Below the pieces are notes generated by a model. That model saw only the letters and a program-made list of their open reading frames with translations, made no database searches and was not told where the DNA came from. 64,000 bases of DNA from Pinctada imbricata (Eukaryota): assembly GCA_033119305.1 (NCBI GenBank), contig VSWD01000002.1, positions 9,402,974 through 9,466,973 on the forward strand. Reading direction: 5' to 3'. Below, one piece after another: positions 36,730 through 49,800 of the stretch. Each line of letters opens with the position of its first letter. Position 1 is the stretch's first letter. The translations under genes and the position numbers were made by a program.

Positions 36730-39549
36730 ATAATTTGGTTTGAAGGTATCTAGATGGAACCCTTCCGTATTATTTCAATGCTTTTCATATATGACATTTT
36801 GAGAATAGATTTCAACTCATTCGAAAATTTCTGTTATCAAAACTTCTTGAAATTTCTATACCGCTGGTCCTGTAGCATCATATTCTACCCATCTTGCTAC
36901 GCCTTTCGGTGAATTTTTGGAAACAACTTTACCACTCTTTGACCATATAACATTGTTTAGACTGAGGATCACTGACGAGGGTTAAGTACTCGAAACGTAC
37001 ATGCTGCAACTTTATCTGTTCTTAAATGATACTATTGAATTTGAAGACGTTTAACATTTTAAAAGTTAATTCTTAGTTTATTGTGCTGGACCCTGATGTA
37101 GCATATATTTTGGATATCAAAGAAAAAATGGTTTCCGACTATGCCAGTATAATTGCAAATCCCAAATAGTGTTGTTATTCGAATTACTAGTGCACAACCC
37201 TCCCATCTGTTAAGTTACCAAGCAGTCCAGTATAATTGTTAAGTATAAAAGCCACCTCATTGTAAGATCCCTCCCTATTAATTTTAGCTTTTCACTTTCA
37301 TTCACTGATAATGATGACGAAAATCAAAATGTGCACCAGACACCCTCTGACCTTACCTGATATTGATGTTGAGTTTGGTAGCATTGTTATTACGTCTACC
37401 TACATGAACTGTAAAATATTGTATTGGAAAAGCTGTCACTGTGCGACCAACAGAAAACTATAGTTATATGACGTTCAAAAATGTATATTTCATAATATTT
37501 TAATGTATATTATATTATAATATTATATAAGTAATTTGTATCAACCAATCAGATTGCTAGCTAACGGTTCAATATTTTACGATATTGCACAGCTGTGCGC
37601 CTCGCTTTTGATTTACATCTAAAATTGGGAGGAAATGAATGAATTACTCACGATTGAGTAACGATTCCAATAAATCATATTAAGTGCACGTGTGTATATG
37701 AAAATCTGAATTTGAAAATGACTGTACATTGATGTCATTAAGCCAGTTTAGGACACTGCATGTAGATATACTATGCAGCTATGTACATTATGTCTATAAT
37801 AAACATTTCCTCCAATTTTACGATCGACTCCCTATATTCCTGGAATATTATGAATTTGAAACCTTTCTCTATGTAAAAGAAAGTTGTAACAGTATCAGCC
37901 AATGTAAGTTTCAATATCAAAGGAACATTTAAGCTCTCATTTGCTGAAATAAGCCGCTCAGTTCACAGTTTACATTCTTTGAAATTGATCTGTACAAGGA
38001 ACGTTATCGTATGTCATAGCCGTGGGTGAATATACAAGTACTGAATGACAGAGATCTGTCGAGCATTTGTCTTTTGATTTTCAGAAATCTGACATTCCTG
38101 TAAACGGCCATGTTAGAGGTAAGTTGATAGGCTTGAATACATAAAAGAGGGTTGCTAATTAGCATGTCTAGAATATGAAAGGAAGCATTTTTTTAATTGA
38201 AATTCAATTTATGAGTCATTGAAGTGTTCCACATCGAAACCGTCTTGAACATAATTTCAAGCCAATTTTAATGCAATAGACACGTGTTTCGGATAGTAAA
38301 TCCTCATCAACGGTACTAGTACTTAATGCCAAAGTGACACAGTCAAATAATTTCAGTAGCGTGTTAAACGTTTTCAAATTCATTAGCATCATTTTAGCTT
38401 TTAAATTAACAGCATGGACCAGACATGCACGTTTCGGGTAATAAGTTATGTTTTATCTTTTTTATTTCCATCTCTGTCTAGTTTTCATTCCGTCAAATTC
38501 AAATGAATACTAGTAATATTTAGTCTGTCAGCTTGAAGATGAAGAATTTATACTCTCCAAGTTGTTGTTATCTACTATACAATTAGGCCGAGGTTAACCA
38601 ATGCCTGACCAGGTCTGTAAAGTCACGAGTAGACCGAAATCGAAAGTCAGTAACTGCTTTATTAAATTATCAGGATTTTATGAACATTTGCATTGTAATG
38701 ATACGCGAAGTCAAAGATCAGGAATTATTACCGATTTTGCTTATTTCTGATTGATGGAGACGCTGTTTGATAGAGTGTACCTCAGAGTTAGTTGACCGCT
38801 TACGCTCCAAAGCGGTCTATTCGGGATTAGCGCGTGCGGGACCAGCGCGTGCGTTGATTTTTGTAGTGTTAGATCTTTGCCTAAGTACATGTAATAATAT
38901 TCCATATTTTTGAGAGTTTGAATAAAAATGTCTTGATGTACATTGATAAAGTAATATGGATATAGGATGGATCAGAATAGCTAAATTATTCAGAAAATTT
39001 AAAAAGAGCTGGCGAGCGGCAGCGAGCCAAATCATATTTTGAAATCGACCGAAAAATTGTAGATGGATGGTAAAAAATGTTGCTATTTTAAACAATGTTA
39101 ATGCATCATAGAATATTGTGATAGGGGGGGGGGGGTGAAAGGGGGGGGGGGCACAAACATGGTTGTGCCCCCGCTTTTCAAAGTGGGAAGGCTGCCCCCT
39201 TCTCCTACGCCCTTGTTGGTGTATACTACTTTGGCAGTGTATAAATGTGTTGACCAGTAGCCTGTTTCACAAAAATACTTTCGAACAATTTCAGGAATTT
39301 TCGTAACGCTTGATTGCTCAGTTCTACTTGCAGAAATTTGCGAAGTTTTGTTTCTGAATGTACCGGTATATTTAGTACGTAGAAATGATACAAGAATACT
39401 TTATATATATTACATATATACAGCCTGAACAGAAAACACTCTGAACCCTATGTTAAATGACGAAATTCCATCAAATTTTCGTAAGAATTTTTGTGAATGA
39501 ATGACAAATATGGATAATGACCATATCCCTGTCTACAGTACAAAATCGA

Positions 39550-39735
39550 TAATTCAGAAAATCAGAAACCGAAGGCATACAAAATCAGGATAAAACAGGA
39601 ACCAAAGCAAACAAAAACAAAAACCTCCACCATATGAAAAGAAGCGAACTCCCGATATGAGAGTGAGACCAGGTGCCCAGGAAGAGTAAGCATCTCCTGC
39701 TTGCATGCAACACCCGTCGCAGAAATGATGAGTAA
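39550..39735 (+). mobile_element. SINE-like repeat, subfamily with CAGAAAATCAGAAACCGAAGGCATACAAAATCAGGATAAAA...GAGACCAGGTGCCCAGGAAGAGTAAGCATCTCCTGCTTGCATGCAACACCCGTCGC; contains a local 40-bp duplication
   Basis: Copies at 60815-60990 (+) and 16590-16735 (-), plus a fragment at 47075-47130. Confidence 0.55.
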
Positions 39736-40039
39736 GCATCTCCTGCTTGCATGCAACACCCGTTGCAGAAATGATTTTAAATCTCCTCTTAACATGCTTA
39801 ATTTCCAACTTGGCAGCATAAAAGTCAACATGAAAATAAATTTTGTCGAAAACTGTCATTTATTGAATGACGAATCAATAATAGACAAACCATAAAAAGG
39901 AGGGTCCTCAAATATTGTTTCAAATTTTGAGATATATTAAAAATTGATCCTACTTTAATCATGTTAAAATATATTAAGAATAATTACAACAACTGTGTTA
40001 TCGTAAATGACTTAAGTATTTTTGCTAGTATAAAAACAA

Positions 40040-41578
40040 CAAGTTAAAAGTCATGTTTGTAAAATGCCCCCCTGCCCCTTCTGTGATTAAAGTCTGTCAA
40101 AACTTTATACTTGCATTGATACAACCTATGGGGGTATAAAGTAACAGTTTCATTTCAATATGTAACTCCACTCAAGAGATATTGAACAGAAACCCTGAAG
40201 TTTTGGTATTTTTCAAAGTGCAAGGGGCATAACTCTGTCCAAATTTTTTTGATCGGACCTAAATATGAACTTGACCTAGATTTTCATTTGATGTGTCTGT
40301 ATACAAAATTTCATTTTTATATGTAACTCCACTCAAGAGATATTGAACGGAAACCCTGAAATTTTGGTATTTTTCGAAGTGCAAGGGGCATTACTCTGTC
40401 AAAATTTTGTTGATTGGACCCAAATAAAAACTTGACCTAGATTGTCATTTGATGTATCCATATACAAAATTTCATTTCAATATGTAACTCCACTCAAGAG
40501 ATATTGAACGGAAACCCTGAAATTTTGGGTTTTTTCGAAGTGCAAGGGGCATTACTCTGTCAAAATTTTGTTGATTGGACCCAAAGAAAAACTTGACCTA
40601 GATTGTCATTTGATGTATCCGTATACAAAATTTCATTTCAATATGTAACTCAACTCAAGAGATATTGAACGGAAACCCTGAAATTTTGGTTTTTTTTCGA
40701 AGTGCAAGGGGCATAACTCTGTCCAAATTTTTTCGATCGGACCTTAATACGAACTTGACCTGGATTTTCATTTGATGTGTCTGTATACAAAATTTCATTT
40801 CAATATGTAACTCCATTCAAGAGATAATGAACGGAAACCCTGAAATTTTGGTATTTTTTGAAGTGCAAGGGGCATAACTCTGTCAAAATTTTTTTGATCG
40901 GACCCAAATATGAACTTGACCTAAATTTTTGTTTGATGTGACTGTATACAAAATTTCATTTCAATATGTGAATCCACTCAAGAGATATTGAACGGAAACC
41001 CTGAAATTTTGGTATTTTTCGAAGTGCAAGGGGCATAACTCTGTCAAAATTTTTTCGATCGGACCTTAATACGAACTTGACCTGGATTTTCATTTGATGT
41101 GTCTGTATACAAAATTTCATTTCAATATGTAACTCCATTCAAGAGATATTGAACGGAAACCCTGAAATTTTGGTATTTTTCGAAATGCAAGGGGCATAAC
41201 TCTGTCCAAATTTTTTTGATCGGACCCAAATATGAACTTGACCTAGATTTTTGTTTGATGTGTCTGTATACAAAATTTCATTTCAATATGTAACTCCATT
41301 CAAGAGATATTGAACGGAAACCCTGAAATTTTGGTATTTTTCGAAATGCAAGGGGCATAACTCTGTCAAAATTTTTTGATCGGACCCAAATGTGAACTTG
41401 ACCTAGATTTTTGTTTGATGTGTCTGTATACCAAATTTCATTTCAATATGTGAATCCATTCCAGAGATATTGAACGGAAACTGATGTCGCGGACCGACCG
41501 ACAGACCGACCGACCGACCGACCGACAGCGGCAAACCTATATGTCCCCTCTTCTTCGAAGGGGGGCATAAAAAGTAAA
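40040..41578 (+). mobile_element. Pearl/Helentron-like element: about 9 tandem 161-bp satellite monomers, then a (GACC)n microsatellite, then terminal hairpin TATATGTCCCCTC..GAAGGGGGGCATA; inverted copy of 7290-8545
   Basis: Monomer is the reverse complement of the 7413-8400 monomer; the 5' end at 40060 contains ATGCCCCCC, which is inverted relative to the 3' hairpin. Confidence 0.6.
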
Positions 41579-43039
41579 TGTGATAATATTACATGATTGG
41601 CACCCAGGATTGAGCTTTTAATTTAGAAAAAAATAATTCAATTAAGTGCTGAGATCAATGTCAATATGACTATAGAAAATGGTATGCAATGTAAACAGTA
41701 AACTTCTCGATAATATAAATGAAATAATGCAATGACAAAAGGAAAATTATCAAGAATTGAATATGGTTGAAGGGAAGGGAGTGGCAAAAAAAAAAAAGTT
41801 CATCGTGCTTGTTGTTGAGATTTTCAATTTAAAAAAAAGTGATGATATCACCTAGCTGGATTTTGATTGGTAGTTTTTATAAGAGACCTTTCCTGATTGG
41901 TCGAATTCCTGCAAATATAATTTATCGAGGGGAATTTCACAACAAGGTTACAATGTAAACATAAAGCAGTGAACAATTCTAAGAATAACTCTAAACATCT
42001 GGTATGACAGTATAGACCTTGTATAGGCAGATAATAGGTGCATTCATAATGTACAACAGTACATAAATAATTTACAGGAAATTCATCAGACATAAATAAA
42101 ATTATGAACAAAAATATCGTTCTATGCTAAAAACAAATTAGCTCGGTGCCCCTTAGTTTGATTTCCATATTTTAAAATGCATTAACAATGGGCTCTTATG
42201 AATGCTTTTCATACCTTTATACGCTACAGTCATTTTCAACTATCCTTGTCTTCTGTTAGACTAACACAATTATCTGGGCAAAACTCGGGGAAAGTACCGG
42301 TATGCATGCATACCCCATAATTTTCTTTTCATATTATTGGACATTGGGTAAAGATAATACAGGTTTCAAATATATATATAATATATATGTTTTAAAACTG
42401 TTTCTACAATGTAAAAAATGTAAAATTTTGAAATTTTCCATAGGGTGTAACATGTTAAGGTCATTGAACAGATAAATTTGCAGCAAGGACCAGACATGCA
42501 CGTTTCGGGCACTTAAGCCCCGTCAGTGATCCTCAATCTGAACGATGTAATGTGGCCAAAGAGTGTGAAAATTATTATGACCGGAAATGTACCGAAAGAC
42601 GTAGCATGATGGATGGGACATGATGCTACAGGACCAATGTTTTTGAAATTTCAAGAAATCTGTACAATCTAGGGTCTATTTGAAACGTTTTTATAAAAAG
42701 TGCAAAGGTGATAAGCACGAAAAATTCCCCCCCAAAAAATGTTATCATAGGGTGATTACAAGCTCTCGCGATCAAAGGTACGATGTACCTTAAAGGGGTT
42801 GAACAAGGTTTTTTTTTTATTTTGTTCTTAAAATTGTTTCCTTTTTTTAAATATCTGTGTTATTGTCTCCGTCTTTTTATGTACTTTTCGTTTTTATTTC
42901 TCAAACAAATTATAATCCTTTCAATGGTGATTTTTTGATCTGATTTCGGGTTTTGTCTCACAATGAATATGTCTAATGCATGGGGATCTATCTTGGCAAA
43001 TACAATAAAACCCTATAAATGGTAAACGTCTTCAAACAA

Positions 43040-43390
43040 AGGAGGGGATCTCCAACAACACCAGATTGTAGCACCCACAGCAAAACCCCAAAACACCCAA
43101 TGCAAAAACACAAAGCAGACAAGCACAGAAAGAGACGTGTAAGGGACAAGGAACGTCAACGCACAACACAGAAACATCAAACACGAAGGACTACACATAA
43201 ACCAACGAGACCAATGGGCAACCGGTGCCGACTTAGGACGGCCATCTGCCACGGAAATAGCTGAAGGTATGGTTATCCTGGATTAAGTGCGCACAACCCT
43301 CCAACTTTTCCGATTACCCAGAGGTCTCGAAGAACGCACAATTGTGGTGTAAAACAACCTCCTCACTGTCAGATGACCACACACAAACAA
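43040..43390 (+). mobile_element. SINE-like repeat F1 copy, followed immediately (43430-43600) by a degenerate hammerhead-family repeat
   Basis: Alignment by eye with the 34915, 49340 (reverse complement) and 57215 (reverse complement) copies. Confidence 0.5.
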
Positions 43391-43989
43391 GACCGCAAAA
43401 CGCAGGGTACAAATTCAATAGCATCATTTAAGAACAGATAAATTTGCAGCATGGACAAGGCATGCACGTTTTGGGTACTTGACCCTCGTCAGTGACACTC
43501 AATCTAAACAATGTAATAAGGCCAAAGAGTGTGAATGTTATTATGTCCAAAAATGTACCGAAAGACGTAGCAGAATGAGTAGGATACGATGCTATAGGAC
43601 AAATTAATTACATCAGTTTTCAAATTTGTAACATAATAAAACAGGTTGTGTATCTAATATTTGTCTAATTGCTCTCTAATAACTTCTAGTCTGTATGAAT
43701 CTATGATATAGGTAAAGCATACTCCAGGAAATGTTCTGTAACCTACCTCCCCGACACAAATTTAGGAAGGGTAAGGTAGGGTATCAAGTAAAAAATCCTC
43801 CTTGAAATCCCATAGGGGAGGGGATTACATACTATTTCTGGAATAGCCTATTCCTCATATGTCATAATTGCCTACATGTTTTTACGCCTAATGTCAATGC
43901 CTTTCTTCTCTATGTAGGCAGATTGTTCTTGATAATGCAATATATGGAAAATTCCTTTGCCTTTTTAATCGAGAGGGGAAAACTTATAT

Positions 43990-44420
43990 TTGTACATCAG
44001 AATGAAAGGGTAGCTTTTCTGCTACAGAATACAGTAGTGACTTGTGTATTGCATTGTCCTTCCTCTTGGACAACATTTCAGTGAAATTTGGTGAGAATCT
44101 CTACAAGCAGGTTGTAGGGATCTCAATGGGTACTAATTGTGCGCCTCTTGTTGCAGATTTATTTTTATACACGTAAAAAAATATATACAAAATCTTCAAA
44201 AGCAAAGAAAACATGATGATGTGAAATGTTTCATTGGTACTTCTCGGTACCCGGATGATATTCTTACTATCGATAATCCTGTTTTTGAAAATTATAAAAA
44301 TGATATTTATCCACAAGAATTGACTCTAAACAAGGCAAACGTTACAAAGACAGAAACACCATTTTTCAACCTAAGTATCAAAATTCTTAATAGAGACATT
44401 CATACAAGTGTATATGACTA
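43990..44420 (+). pseudogene. Degraded retrotransposon reverse-transcriptase fragment (..FGENLYKQVVGISMGTNCAPLVADLFLY, frameshift, then ..SRYPDDILTIDNP..)
   Basis: It resembles the LTR-retrotransposon/retroviral RT block 'MPFGL.NAP..F' and the YxDD catalytic box, but it is interrupted by stops and frameshifts. Confidence 0.35.
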
Positions 44421-46121
44421 AAGAGATGATTTTGGATTCAAAATAATAAATTTTCCCTAGTTTGACGGTGATTTTCATAGATTACCGTCATAGATTATAT
44501 ACATTCCACAACTCATCCTGTATGCTAGAGCATGTTATGATGTTTTGGATTTTCATAGTAGAAATTTACAAATAACGAAGAAACTTTTAGGTCAAGGGTT
44601 TTACTTTCACAAACTAGTAAAGACTTTGATCCTAATGTCACCAGACGGACACTAGGCTTGGTACTTGACCAATCGACAGTCTTGTACCAGCTCATTTTAA
44701 AGACTTGCACTCTGACTGATTGTGACGACAGGACCCCATGACGGGCCCTGTCCAAACCCCTTTTAGAGAAGACAGTGTCTCGACCACCTGTCCTCTCTGA
44801 ATGTCAGTCGGACTCCTCATACGCGCGCACACAAAGAGATTGGAGTCAAAACGTGTACATTGTGGAATGAACGTCAAAATAGAATCAATATGTACTTTTG
44901 TCCCTTATTTTACGTCAACTTGAAATGTAAATAAAATGAGATTGAAAACAGAAAAGAGGTCAAGGTTATTTTTATAATTAAGGACCCATATTAGGTTGTA
45001 ACATATAAAGAAGGAAAATATGTGTTCATGAAAACACTGATGTAAATAATTACACAAATTTTATGATTTACTATGCAAGATGATCAACAATCATTATCGT
45101 AAAACCCATTACATTATTTCGAAAAAGCAAGAAAATGACTCAATTTTGTACAAAAACTCTCATTAACGTTAGAAGAGTCATATGCTTGAGCAGTCAATTT
45201 TGTACAGATAGAAAATAGGCCTCATTCTAACATGTCAGAGCATCAAAAACATAATTCATTAAAATACAGACGGGTTGAACATGGTGTAGGAGTGAGCAGG
45301 AATGAGTCGGGTATGATGAAAGACTTTCCGAAAAAGCCAATAACCATTTTAATTTGCAAATTAGTAATGAAACCATGCACCAGAAATAATTAAAATTGCT
45401 TTTCTAAAAATTGATTAAAGATCATACAAAACCTGGCATAATGGTAAAAATATTACTTTTAAAAAGTTGCAATCCGCGTGTCATGTGACCATGCAATTCC
45501 AGGAGGAATACGCATCTCTCTTCCTACATGAAAAATTGAAATAAAAGTCCAAAACATGGATTGATTTCAGAGTCATGTTTCAGAGACATTCTGTACGAAT
45601 ATTTTAATACATTCGAAACCTTGAAATGAAATTGTATCGTATTAAATTGCAGTATCGTTCAGGCCAATTCTTTATTGTCTACCATTCATATATTTCTTCG
45701 GTAAATTTGATGCTGTTATAAATATTTCAGATGTATCGAATTTTCTATATAAGTGTTTTGATAAATGTATATCGTGACAGTTTTCATTTAAGTAAATACT
45801 GTATAAATTGTTTGCATGCATAAATGATGAATTTTATGATTGTTCGTAGTTAGACGTAACTTTTCTATAACTATTTTGTACTATGCTTCATTTCCCATTC
45901 ATATCATATGAAAGGTAACCATGATAATGTTTTGTATTTTACATTTTGTACGTAGGGAATTCACACTTTAACATAGGAATATATTATGGATATGTCTATA
46001 TACAGCTTTGAAAAGTTACTAGAACCGTCATCATTGTAATTGAAATGACTCATTTTTTCCATGATTATTTGCTGCTTGATGTCTTATAAAAAATTGAAAT
46101 GATTTATCTTTTTTCAAATAG

Positions 46122-46283
46122 GGAATAACTAGTTTCTGACGTTATGTTTGCGGACGGTTAATGCTGATTTTACGGTCGCAAACTGAGTTTTTCTGGCGAC
46201 GCGTTAGAAAAACGGATGTTTGCACCGTAAAATCAGCATTTACCGTCCGCAAACATAACGTCAGTATCTAGTTATAATTTTTC
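46122..46283. mobile_element. Foldback MITE (about 160 bp; 42-bp arms CTGACGTTATGTTTGCGGACGGTTAATGCTGATTTTACGG)
   Basis: Arms are reverse complements of each other. Confidence 0.55.
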
Positions 46284-47199
46284 CATTCTAATGCAATCTA
46301 TATGTTTGTGTATATGAGGCGAAATGTGACGTAAGCAACGTCAAAGCCTAGCATGTTCTCGTTTTACCGTCGTAACTAAGGAGCAAATAACCAACGAAAA
46401 TCGACGTTAAAGCGACGTTGCATTAGAATACAAAATTTACGAAGTCAATTATTAAAAATCGTATTTAATGCTTTTATTTTAGGTAAAAGTGTTTATAGAG
46501 GTCTGCATTCTCTAGGTTTTATATTTTACCCCAAAACACTCAGTAATGGAATAAAAGATATCCTGACGATAATCTCAACAGCTTCACAATAGAGCACAGG
46601 ATTGAGCATCGACGGCCCCTTAGCAAGCTAGAGGTGGGACCAGGTGCCCGTGAGGAGTAAGCATCCCCTGTTGGCTAGCCGCACCCGCACACTCAGTATC
46701 CATGGTACATTCTTCAAAGAGGGAATACTAGGGATAACGCTTACCGAGCAAAACATGATATTTATGTCATAGATTTCATTTAACAATGCTACTGAATCGA
46801 CCCTACATAAATTTTGAGCCGCACACTCTCTGCAAAATAAATGCTAAAAAATTCTAGACATAAAACCAGGGGGTGCTACTGAAATACATTTGCCTGTGTC
46901 AGAAAATCACTTCGGCATTTAATAGTGCTGATGAGGATTTACCATCCATGGTGCATTGAAATCGGTTTGATATGTTCTTCAAGAAGGTCAAGAGTTGGAA
47001 CATTTCCGTATTATCCAATACTAAAACGTATGCATAACAAATATTGATAATGACCATATCCCTGTATATAGCACAAAATCGAAAATTCAGAAAATCAGAA
47101 ACCGAAGGCATACAAAATCATGAAATATTGTAATCATAAATTATGACATGTCTTTATACATAATTTTTAATAGTAACTATTGAATTATGCTTGGATGAT

Positions 47200-47360
47200 A
47201 AGTAGAAATAAACATCGAAGAAGATTCAGTCTCAAAGTCGAGAAGGCGAAATCATTAGCATTTTCATTGGAACAGTACCGGAACAAGCAATATTCCGAAG
47301 TGAGACCAGGTGCCTGGGGAGAGTCAGTGTCTCATGTTTGCATGCAACACTCGCCGCAAC
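47200..47360 (+). mobile_element. SINE-like repeat (..CTCAAAGTCGAGAAGGC...TTCCATTGGAAC...GAAGTGAGACCAGGTGCC.GGGGAGAGTCAG.GTCTC.TG.TTGCATGCAACAC)
   Basis: Matches the reverse complement of 34540-34710 and 63545-63712. Confidence 0.55.
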
Positions 47361-48434
47361 AGCTCCATGAAATCTTGTCAAATTTGGTAATTATCTCGGT
47401 ATACATATTGGCATACATAATGGGTAAAGCTGTCTTGTTTTGTGATGTTGGCAGTCTTTCAATCGCAATCCAGAATGTAACTGATGTTTCTTGAAAAAGG
47501 AATCTCGTATGCTTTTGTTCATTCCAATAGCGAACTAAGATCTTCAATGATGATTTCAGCCGTACAAATGTCATTTCTATGTAGATCTAGCTATTTTTAA
47601 AAGAAATGACTGTAATATTTTTTTTCTTTCCGTCGACTTATAGACAAAACCGATGCACAAACAAAATATGGACTATGTTTTGTTCCTGCTTCGGGTTTTA
47701 CCTATCCATCGATAAAATAACAGCGGTTTCTTATGATTTAATGAAATAACTATTAAATTATCTGGTCTATTTTGCAATTGACGTCATTTTAGCATTGTTG
47801 AATTGAAATCAAGTTCAAAACTGGCAACGTAACATTTGAACAGGCCAAAAGTAGCGGCGCTTGACGTTCGTAACGTCATAAATAGGCGACATTGTCTATG
47901 CAGCTATAGATAAAATTTCGATCCGTACGTTTGTGAAGGCGTTCTACAGACACTACGGAGATAACTAAATTATTCAACTTCGTGAGGTGAGCTAAAAACA
48001 GTATCATCAGCATGTATACAACTGAGCTGAAATTAGCAAATTACAAATACCCGTAGGGGGCGCTATCAAAACACTCGTGAAGGTTAAAGCGATCACGTCA
48101 CAGACCCCCATGTGATATGGCATTACTATATCTATATAATACATATGTCATCCATAACATTTTCAAATATACTGTGCGGTTTCATACTTATCTATCATGA
48201 AAGATAGGATGCATGCATTAATATTATAAAACATGTCACAAAGGATACCAGTGGCGTAGCTGGGACAAAATTAAAGGAACCAATGCTTTTCGTGAGGCTT
48301 ACAGTACACATTATGTTAAGGGCAGAGTTGGACAAAGCATGAGAAAGCTTCGCAAATATTTACATTCGAGAGTTTTCTATTACTTCCAAAAGTGATGAAA
48401 TTCAAAGGTACTTATTCAGATTTAATAAAGCCTG

Positions 48435-48700
48435 TGTTTGTGAAACACGAATGCCCCCGGTGGCATCTTAGTATAAACTTCATTTTCTGTTAAGTATGGG
48501 AAAGGTCAAGGTCAATTTGGTATCAATGGAAAGGACTTGTCACTAGAAACACACATGTGAAATATGAAAGCCCTATCACTTACCATTCAAAAGTTATGCC
48601 CAATGTTAAAGTTTTTGAAAAGTAGGTCAAAGGTCAAGGTCAAGGTTAGGAGGTCAAAAACTCTATCACCTTCCTAGGCTATTAACTGTTTTCTAATAAT
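48435..48700 (+). mobile_element. Truncated pearl-like element (GTGTTTGTGAAACAC hairpin plus about 1.5 units of the 140-bp monomer)
   Basis: Same leader and monomer as 33195-33750. Confidence 0.45.
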
Positions 48701-48744
48701 TTATTCATAATTATATAATAATATTGTTATTAAATATAAATATA

Positions 48745-48832
48745 ATCACCGTCATCATCATCATCATCATCATCATCAACTCCGCCACCACCACAACCAT
48801 CATCATCGTCGTCGTCGTCGTTATTTCAACAA
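48745..48832. repeat. (CAT)n / (CCA)n / (TCG)n compound microsatellite
   Basis: Direct reading. Confidence 0.95.
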
Positions 48833-49339
48833 AAATTGTGAAGATACCAATTGTCGTCATCTTTATGACTGTCTGTTTCTGTGTATCATGTATAGGGGGA
48901 GAGCTTTACATAATGTTGTTAAAACTTGTTGTCCTATCCCTTTTCGCTTTATATTGAAATAAAATGTTTACACTAAACTGAACTAAAATACCGAAAATAG
49001 GTAGTTCTACCTTGGGTATTTCACAACCTGCATTTTATGGTGACATAATAAACAAGATCAGAAGAATCAAAGATAGACAACATAACTATCGAAAATACGT
49101 CAGAATCATCAACCGCCTTTTATTCCGTAGATATGATCCTATTGTCACCAGACAGACACTAGGCTTGGTACTTGACCAATCTACAGTCTTGTACAAGCGC
49201 ACTCTTAAAACTTGCACTCTGACTGACTGTGACGACGGGACTCCATGACGGGCCCTGTCCAAACCTCTTTAGAAAAGACATGGCTTCGACCACCTGTCCT
49301 CTCTGAATGTCAGTCGAACTCCTCGGGTGATAACATACT

Positions 49340-49800
49340 TGAGCTCGCCGCGGCAGAGAACGGATTGTATTACGTACATTCACATATTCATCTGTGTTGC
49401 TTGGGCCTTTGCGTTTTGCGGTCTTGTTTGTTTGTGATCATTTGACAGTGAGGAGGTTGTTTTACACCACAATTGTACGTTCTTCGAGACCTCTGGGTAA
49501 TCAGAAAGGAAAAGTGGGAATGTTGTGCGCACGAAATCCAGGATAACCACACCTTCTGCCACTTCCGTGGCAGATGGCCGTCCTAAGTCGGCACCGGTTG
49601 TCCATTGGTCTCGTTGGTTTATGTGTAGTCCTTTGTGTTTGATGTTTCTGTGTTGTGTGTTGACGTTTCTTGTCCCTTTTGCGTCTCTTTCTGTGCTTGT
49701 CTGCTTTGTGTTTTTGCATTGGGTGTTTTGGGGTTTTGCTGTGGGTGCTGCAACCTGGTGTTGTTGGAGATCCCCTCCTTTGTCTTGAATGAAATAAATG
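49340..49800 (-). mobile_element. Full-length (about 460 bp) SINE-like F1 copy; the 200 bp immediately upstream (49128-49335) duplicates 44625-44835
   Basis: Reverse complement aligns with 43040-43390, and its tail aligns with 57225-57330. Confidence 0.55.

Noticed and set aside
42470-42560. Hammerhead-like motif (minus strand) CUGACGG...
   Set aside because: A9 is mutated to G, and the 43468-43520 copy has G12 to A; these are predicted inactive and reported only as degenerate family members.
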